Shown here: positions 57,765-64,000 of the stretch, piece by piece | Layout of the letters: each line of letters starts with the position of its first letter | How positions within the stretch are numbered: position 1 is the first letter of the stretch | NCBI GenBank assembly: GCA_964532425.1 | Contig: CAZHIA010000007.1 | Span: forward strand, 64,008 to 128,007 | Length of the DNA stretch: 64,000 bases | Source: an uncultured Candidatus Saccharibacteria bacterium | GTDB lineage: Bacteria; Patescibacteriota; Doudnabacteria; UBA920 | Direction of reading: 5' to 3' | Position numbers and translations under genes: made by a program | Notes under the pieces: generated by a model | Told to the model about the DNA's origin: nothing | Seen by the model: the letters and a program-made list of their open reading frames with translations, nothing else | The model's database searches: none

Positions 57765-57986
57765 AGAATATCGGAAAAATTATCGCAATTATTCCCTCTT
57801 TTTTACGTCACATAAATTGCAAACCTCAATGATTATAAGGTTTTCCACTGGTCTGGATGAAAATTTTGGTCTATAATGCAACTAGTAGCGCGGCTTTCAT
57901 GCCCGTTTGCATACACGAAAAGAATAATTAACTGACTTCAGGCCTGGTGCCTGGGCTAGCGACACGGGAATTAAGACAACAATCTT

Positions 57987-58268
57987 ATGAACAAACTTCA
58001 GCTCACAGAGCAGTTGGCGGCCCGCCTCTCCATCACCCATAGTGAAGCAGAACGCTTCTTGAATACGCTGATACAAATGATTTACGAAACTCTCCGCGGC
58101 GGCGACAAGGTGAACATTTCCGGCTTCGGCCAGTTCTCTGTTTCTCATCGTGCTCCTCGTATTGGGGTTAACCCGCGCAATCCGTCTCAAAAGATCCAGA
58201 TCCCGGAACTGAACACTCCGAAATTCAAAGCCGGGGAAGCTTTCAAAGAGGCGATCAAACTCCGCTAG
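57987..58268 (+). CDS. hup: HU family DNA-binding protein
   Basis: MNKLQL, VNISGFGQF, R.GVNPRNP, PKFKAG. Confidence 0.93.
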   Translation: MNKLQLTEQLAARLSITHSEAERFLNTLIQMIYETLRGGDKVNISGFGQFSVSHRAPRIGVNPRNPSQKIQIPELNTPKFKAGEAFKEAIKLR

Positions 58269-58341
58269 TTAATTTGCCTTGCCGGTCGCCGGGGGTATCA
58301 AAAAAGATGCACCCGGACCGCAGGGGTAAAATAAAACAAAT

Positions 58342-59655
58342 ATGAAGCATTATTGGGGCCAGTATGTATCTGCCTTTTGTATGGCAGCTTTTTTGGCGTT
58401 GTCCGGTTTTACACCGGCGCGGGCACAGTATAATGACCTGTTGTTCGGACAGGAACATTCCTACAGTGTTGTTTTTCGGGGGAACGGGGAGGCAATCGTG
58501 TATGCAAAAATCGTGGTGACGAACCAAAATACGGAATCGCTTTCCGAATTTTCTTTCGAGGTACCGCGTGCCACGGTATCAGATCTGGTCGCTTACCAGC
58601 AGCAACTTCCGCGGCGCTGCACCAAGCAGCACTATGATTATCAGACTGGCCAGCAGATTTGCGACCAGTATAGCGAGCCGGATTACGGCCAAAATTACTA
58701 TGGTGGGTATTATGGTCTTGATGGCCAGCCACAGTATTTTAAAATGCCTGTCGGGAAAAACGGGAACAAGTACACGCTTGCGCTCCCGTCGCCCCTGTCG
58801 ACTGACCAGGCGACAGCCTTTATAATTTCCTATGCGGCCAAAGGATATGTGAAAAATACCGCCGGATTGTATTCGTTCGATTTTGAAACTCTCAAGGTCG
58901 ATTCCCGCATCAGCACGGCGCGCGTTTCTGTCGATGTCGACACCGACCTGGCCATACGGGGTAAGCGGAGTGAAGTGAATTACCAGACTGGCCAATTAGC
59001 CGCTGTCAGCGAGTCGAATTCGCTTGCCGGTGCCAAAAGCGCTTCACTGGACCGCCTGGCTTCCAGCATCGGTACATACGGCGCGATGGTCAAACAGGCA
59101 AAAGGACTTGCGGCAGGGGAGTCTTTGTCGGTCAAAGGGGAATATGCCCGCAGCGCGTGGCGGTTATATGTCAGCTCCATTATCTGGTTCATCATAATTA
59201 TCGCAGCTATTATTGTAGGAATCTTTTATGGGGTCAGGTTTTTCCGTCGCCGGCATCCGGCAGTAAACCGTGCCGGTGTCACACCGGTCGCAGTGATGCC
59301 GGGGATCGCGGCTGGTGGAAACCTGCTCATTCCGTGCGCTGTTACCGGCCTCGTCTCTGCTGCTGCAGTCATTGCCGTGACCTTTGGCTTGCAGGTGTTT
59401 AGCAGGGTGCTCGATAATTTGGTTTCGGGCATGGGTGATGTGTTCCAGGTGGTCATGGTCATTGTGGTCCTGCTCATTTACGCGGTTTTGATTTTCGGGC
59501 CTGGCATCTGGCTAGCTTCCAAAAGAGGATGGAAAGCTCTGCTCTATGCCGTCCTGCTGGAGCTGGCCTGGTTGATCATCTTGGGTCTGCTGTTCGCCCT
59601 ATTGTTCCAGAACGGGTTGTATACCACCGGTTATTACCCGGGGCTGCGCTATTGA
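58342..59655 (+). CDS. Hypothetical exported-domain membrane protein
   Basis: Signal peptide, beta-rich domain, about 4 C-terminal TM segments. Confidence 0.8.
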   Translation: MKHYWGQYVSAFCMAAFLALSGFTPARAQYNDLLFGQEHSYSVVFRGNGEAIVYAKIVVTNQNTESLSEFSFEVPRATVSDLVAYQQQLPRRCTKQHYDYQTGQQICDQYSEPDYGQNYYGGYYGLDGQPQYFKMPVGKNGNKYTLALPSPLSTDQATAFIISYAAKGYVKNTAGLYSFDFETLKVDSRISTARVSVDVDTDLAIRGKRSEVNYQTGQLAAVSESNSLAGAKSASLDRLASSIGTYGAMVKQAKGLAAGESLSVKGEYARSAWRLYVSSIIWFIIIIAAIIVGIFYGVRFFRRRHPAVNRAGVTPVAVMPGIAAGGNLLIPCAVTGLVSAAAVIAVTFGLQVFSRVLDNLVSGMGDVFQVVMVIVVLLIYAVLIFGPGIWLASKRGWKALLYAVLLELAWLIILGLLFALLFQNGLYTTGYYPGLRY

Positions 59656-59675
59656 ATAATAAACAAAAAAACGCT

Positions 59676-59711
59676 ACAATATACTCACGTCAATTGACGT
59701 GAGTATATTGT
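59676..59711. repeat. Perfect 36-bp loopless palindrome directly before tRNA
   Basis: acaatatactcacgtcaa|ttgacgtgagtatattgt. Confidence 0.95.
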
Positions 59712-59715
59712 TTGT

Positions 59716-59790
59716 GCGGGTATCGTATAGCGGTTATTATCTCAGTTTTCCAAACTGATGATGGGGGTTCGACTCCCCCTACCCGCTCCA
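59716..59790 (+). tRNA. tRNA-Gly (TCC)
   Basis: Acceptor GCGGGTA/TACCCGC, anticodon stem TCAGT/ACTGA with loop TTTCCAA, GTTCGACTC T-arm, encoded CCA. Confidence 0.95.
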
Positions 59791-59791
59791 C

Positions 59792-59823
59792 AAAAGCACC
59801 CTGCCTTAAGGCAGGGTGCTTTT
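59792..59823 (+). terminator. Terminator after tRNA-Gly
   Basis: aaaagcaccctgcctt|aaggcagggtgctttt. Confidence 0.85.
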
Positions 59824-59896
59824 GTCTATGTGCATATCTCTTTTTAGAATTATGCTATAATTAAGACAAATTCAGTGTCCAATTAAACAATAAGTT

Positions 59897-62782
59897 ATGC
59901 TTACCTTGAAACAAAAGATATACGCCTTATTGGCGTGTTTGGTCGTTCTCTCCACCGGGTTTGCCTATAACCAGGTGCAAGCATTGAGCTTTCAAGAACT
60001 GCGGGGTAATGTGCTCAGTGCGACCACTGCCGATTCTGTCCAGCTGACGTCGGCCGGTAATCGCAATCTGAAAGTTACGGCTACTCCGGTCTCGTTTGAC
60101 GGAGCGAACTGGACCTACCGGTTCGATTGGCAGCGGACTGCCAAGCGCGCGGGTTCACTGTATGTGAACCAGAAAGCCATCGCGGCTTCGGCTGATCCAG
60201 CCGGCAGCGCGACCGTGGTCTTGCCGCCGAGTTCCCGCGCCAGGATAGAATTTTACGGATCCCCGAACGGCAAAGGGTCATTGCTTTTGAGAAAATATCT
60301 CACGACCCAGCCGGCTGTAAGCCAACCGACGACGAATTTGACCGCGGAGACGGCCAAAACCGCAGCCCAGACCAGTGATGTTTGTACATCGCAGGGGACC
60401 ATAGGTGATTTTGAAGGATATAATTCAAGCAGTCAGACCTGGTGGTTCACGTTGCCGCGCGACCCGGACCATGAAGGTTGTAGTCCTGCTTGCGTAGTGA
60501 ACGATCAAACCAAAGAGGCCGATATTAACTGGCGCTGTACCGGCGGTTTGCCTACTGATGTTACTGGGACAACTACTCAACCGTCCATGTGTAGGTTTTT
60601 TGCCGCCCCTTCCTGTCCTGATGGCAGCAAACCGGTATTTACCGATCCAAATTCCTGTAATTACACCTGCCCAACCAAAACCTGCCAGCCACGCCCTGCG
60701 TGCCTAGACAACGGTCCGGTTCGTTGTTATCTCCAGGAGCCGGCTGAAGGCTGGTGCCCGGTTACTCGACCGACCAGCTCGGCTGTCTCCATTACCAAAT
60801 TGGATCCGACTTCCGGTGCCATAGGTACCAGAGTCACGATCACCGGAACAGGGTTTACGGAAGCTGCTATAACCGCATCCATCCCGGGCAATACAACGCC
60901 TTTGAATACGGTTCTGTTCAACGGTATGAAGGTAGGGCAGTATTATTCCTTTGACGGAAAAACTTTGTCTTTCACCGTACCGTCATCCCTAGCACCAAAT
61001 TGCGCTCAAGGCCAAATTTGTCCGACGTATGCAATGGTAGTAACCCCCGGCGACTACAAAGTCACGGTGAGCAACGTAAACGGAACCAGTAATAGCGTGA
61101 CATTTACTGTTACGACCGGCGAAGCCCGGGCTTGCACGATGGAAGCTAAATTATGCCCGGACAACAAGACATACGTCAGTCGCGACCCACTCAATAATTG
61201 TGAATTCAAACCGTGTCCAACGGTTGCAATGTGTGATTACGCGGCTCCTCCGCAGGGGTGTTCTTATATCCCAGGACCGAATTATAATTCCACAACTCAG
61301 TGCGGCATGATACTTTCTTGCCCTGCAAGGAGCGTTTCCATTACGACTTCAGATCCCCTGAATGTAACCAAGGGTACGGCCAGTACCATCACCTTTTACG
61401 CCTCCGCAGCCAGCGTTGGAGCTTTTTCTCCGATAAATCAATATAAGTTCACTGAAACCGGCAGCGTACCTGGAATGACATTCACCTCCTGTCCGCCCTG
61501 CAATGCCGGGCCGGGGATGATGTGCTCGATGGTCTGCAGTGCCAATTCTGTAGCCTTAACCGGAACGCCGACAACAGCCGGGTCGTATCCGATTACTATC
61601 ACGGCTACCGATTCCAACGGCAATACCGGGACCCAGAATTTTACGGTAACCGTGAGCGGAGGTGGTAGTACGTGTACGTACCCAATACCTATGCCGCTTT
61701 GTCCCAATGGTGGCACGCCAGTGTTTAACTCATCTACGTGTTCGTATGCATGTCCCACTGTTGACTGCCCGCTGTACTGGTACTTTGACAACACCAGCAC
61801 TTCCTGCCAGCAAAAGCGTTTCTGTGGCAGCTTCATGTATCTTGGCCTGGAGACGTTTAGCACCCAGGAGCAGTGCAATACTGCGCTGCAAAACAAGAAT
61901 AAGCCAGCAAGCTGCGACAGCCTGCAAAATGGGGCCGGCGCTTCCTATTTCAGCATGTGCAAATCTTCTGGTTATACCAGTGTCTGCTTCAATAAGAATA
62001 CCGGCGATTACCAAGGATGCGTGAGCAGTAGCCGTGATGATTGTACTACCTACAACGTAAACGCTGGCCAAAATATGCTCTGTCCCATACCGGGTGTGCC
62101 GACTGTTCCGGTTATTAACAGCTTTAGCCCATCTTCAGGCGCAGTTGGGACCCCGATATCTATACTGGGAACCGGATTTGACGCAACAGGTAATTACGTA
62201 AATTTTGGCGGGTATGGCATTCAGAACATGCCTTCTACTAATGACGGTAAGAGCATCAGTGTAACCGTTCCGCCTATCAGTACCGGCACGGTCCAGGTCT
62301 CTGTTTCCAGTTCCCGCGGACAATCCCAGCCGGTGAGCTTTACGGTTACGAACGCGTCGGTAGTATGTTCAACCGAAGCCAGACTTTGCCCGGACAATAA
62401 AACCTACGTGAGCAGGACTGGTCCAAATTGCGAGTTTGCCCCATGCCCTCCGGTTGTTCCGATTTGTCCGAATTATACCCCGCCTGCGCCAGACTGGTGC
62501 GCTACCGGTTCCATTGTGTCCCAGGGTATTGGTCCTGATGGATGCCAGTTGCCCCCGAAGTGCGTGTATCCGGATGTTCCTCCGACCTGTAATTATTACG
62601 TCGCTCCCACTTGTCCCAATGGCGGCAAGCCGGTATTCAGGTCGGGAACGTGCGATTATAGCTGTCCGACCACCCCAACCCCAACGTGTCAGTATACTAC
62701 CGGGTTATACTGTCCGAATAACAGTTACAATTATGACAGTAATGGTTGTGTGAGCGGCTGCAAGGTCGTAACCAGTTATTAG
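59897..62782 (+). CDS. Large secreted Cys/Thr/Pro-rich protein with IPT/TIG and Ig-like domains
   Basis: Signal peptide; P.SGA.GT...I.GTGF x2; C..EA.LCPDNKTYVSR x2; CP.G..PVF x3. Confidence 0.85.
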   Translation: MLTLKQKIYALLACLVVLSTGFAYNQVQALSFQELRGNVLSATTADSVQLTSAGNRNLKVTATPVSFDGANWTYRFDWQRTAKRAGSLYVNQKAIAASADPAGSATVVLPPSSRARIEFYGSPNGKGSLLLRKYLTTQPAVSQPTTNLTAETAKTAAQTSDVCTSQGTIGDFEGYNSSSQTWWFTLPRDPDHEGCSPACVVNDQTKEADINWRCTGGLPTDVTGTTTQPSMCRFFAAPSCPDGSKPVFTDPNSCNYTCPTKTCQPRPACLDNGPVRCYLQEPAEGWCPVTRPTSSAVSITKLDPTSGAIGTRVTITGTGFTEAAITASIPGNTTPLNTVLFNGMKVGQYYSFDGKTLSFTVPSSLAPNCAQGQICPTYAMVVTPGDYKVTVSNVNGTSNSVTFTVTTGEARACTMEAKLCPDNKTYVSRDPLNNCEFKPCPTVAMCDYAAPPQGCSYIPGPNYNSTTQCGMILSCPARSVSITTSDPLNVTKGTASTITFYASAASVGAFSPINQYKFTETGSVPGMTFTSCPPCNAGPGMMCSMVCSANSVALTGTPTTAGSYPITITATDSNGNTGTQNFTVTVSGGGSTCTYPIPMPLCPNGGTPVFNSSTCSYACPTVDCPLYWYFDNTSTSCQQKRFCGSFMYLGLETFSTQEQCNTALQNKNKPASCDSLQNGAGASYFSMCKSSGYTSVCFNKNTGDYQGCVSSSRDDCTTYNVNAGQNMLCPIPGVPTVPVINSFSPSSGAVGTPISILGTGFDATGNYVNFGGYGIQNMPSTNDGKSISVTVPPISTGTVQVSVSSSRGQSQPVSFTVTNASVVCSTEARLCPDNKTYVSRTGPNCEFAPCPPVVPICPNYTPPAPDWCATGSIVSQGIGPDGCQLPPKCVYPDVPPTCNYYVAPTCPNGGKPVFRSGTCDYSCPTTPTPTCQYTTGLYCPNNSYNYDSNGCVSGCKVVTSY

Positions 62783-62904
62783 GCCGAACTGGAAGATGGT
62801 GCGTAGTGTGTAAAGGGAAAACATTCCTGAGAAGAACAGTAATAGGGTTTTTGCATCAAGCAAAAACCCTATTATTCTATGGTACAATAAGTGAGAAGTA
62901 TCGC

Positions 62905-64000
62905 ATGAACGCGTTGAAACCAATCCTTCACCACCGATATACTAAACTGGCTGGCCTATTGCTGGCTTTTTTGGCATTGGGAGCATGGTGTACGGTGTTG
63001 GTGGCCCGTCCCATTAATCTCTCTACTGCAGATTTGGGACGGCATATTACGAACGGGAAGGTTTGGATGGAAGGCGCTGACCGCTGGCAAATGCTGCATA
63101 CCAATTATTATTCTTATACGAACCAGAATTTTCCTTTTGTAAACCATCACTGGGGGAGTGGCGTAGTATTTTACGGACTTTATCAGTTGGTGGGTTTTAC
63201 CGGATTGTCAGTTGTCTATGTATTGCTGAGTGTTGTTATGGCGGGGTGGTTTATGTGGCTTGCGATTCGCAAATCGAACCTGGTATTGGCTATTTTGGCT
63301 GCGGCTGCCTTTGTCCCTATGGCCGTTTCGCGCGCTGAAGTTCGTCCTGAGGTCTTTACCTATCTGTTGTGCGGAATCTACTATTGGCTTCTGGATGCCC
63401 ACCGGGGCGGTCGCAGTTCCGGCAAGGCTTTGTATTGGCTCATTCCACTAACTGCACTCTGGATTAATCTGCATATCGGGTTTATCGTCGGCATTGGCAT
63501 TACCTTTGTGTTCTGGCTGGAACAGGCAGTACAGTTTGTCCGTAAGCGCCCCAACTCGGCGCCGTTTTTGACGATCATTTTAGCCGGATCAGCTCTGGCC
63601 GCCCTGCTCAACCCGGCAGGCTTGTGGGGCGTGGTCTATCCGCTCAACATCTTTCGCCACTATGGGTACTTGATCGTAGAGAATCAGTCTATTTTCTTTT
63701 TGCAGCGCCTCGGCATAAATTCTATGGGGTATTTGGTCGTAATGGTGGCCATCACCTGGACCAGTTTTGCAGCCCGGGCTATTCATGAACGAAAGATTAC
63801 AGATTGGCCGCTTCTTATTTTGAACCTCGTATTCGCCTTTATGGCAGCTAAAGCGTTGCGGAACTATCCGTTTTTTGCCCTGTTCGGCATTGTAGCGTTG
63901 GCTGCCAATATTCATGCGGTGATTAAGGGTTTTCAGAAGCCTGCAGCACGGAAGGTGAAGGCCGGGGTGATGGCTGTTGCAGTTGTTCTAGCTGCGGGCT
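62905..64000 (+). CDS. Multi-pass membrane protein, GT-C-like (3'-truncated by window)
   Basis: Translated by hand: DLGRHITNGK, NYYSYT..FPFVNHHWG, VRPEVF, WINLHIGF, LLNP; absent from ORF track because no stop is reached. Confidence 0.75.
   Translation, partial: MNALKPILHHRYTKLAGLLLAFLALGAWCTVLVARPINLSTADLGRHITNGKVWMEGADRWQMLHTNYYSYTNQNFPFVNHHWGSGVVFYGLYQLVGFTGLSVVYVLLSVVMAGWFMWLAIRKSNLVLAILAAAAFVPMAVSRAEVRPEVFTYLLCGIYYWLLDAHRGGRSSGKALYWLIPLTALWINLHIGFIVGIGITFVFWLEQAVQFVRKRPNSAPFLTIILAGSALAALLNPAGLWGVVYPLNIFRHYGYLIVENQSIFFLQRLGINSMGYLVVMVAITWTSFAARAIHERKITDWPLLILNLVFAFMAAKALRNYPFFALFGIVALAANIHAVIKGFQKPAARKVKAGVMAVAVVLAAG

Overview
Bacterial chromosomal window (code 11, about 50% GC). Gene content and intergenic repeat style fit a Patescibacteria/CPR genome best; this assignment is inference. 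Housekeeping genes: a degenerate hisS paralog, HIT, rpsU, yqeY, ftsA, ftsZ, nrdR-nrdJ, cobO, comEC, a cyclophilin, ndk, rel, mutM, groES-groEL with a CIRCE operator, rpmF, nusB, HU and tRNA-Gly. These are interleaved with many ORFans and dense families of palindromic and tandem-repeat elements. The strongest candidate for an undescribed system is a 5.6-kb, RNA-rich locus at 46.9-52.5 kb. It has a consensus promoter, a boxA-like site, an attenuator-like leader, five copies of a covarying structured motif (core GAAGG-YAA..TTT-hairpin-CCTCATC), a 360-nt and a 160-nt multibranch fold that each contain an SD-led mini-ORF, and four ORFans. Other notable points: most housekeeping genes lack a Shine-Dalgarno site while ORFan cassettes carry strong GGAGG sites and rpsU has an extended SD; a membrane-protein array at 31-34 kb has a repeated double-hairpin spacer; a probable B12 scavenging module sits near class II RNR; inverted tandem-repeat hairpins fill operon junctions, one enclosing a four-helix-bundle gene; and there are loopless palindromes. 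All structures were paired by eye, and no database search was run.
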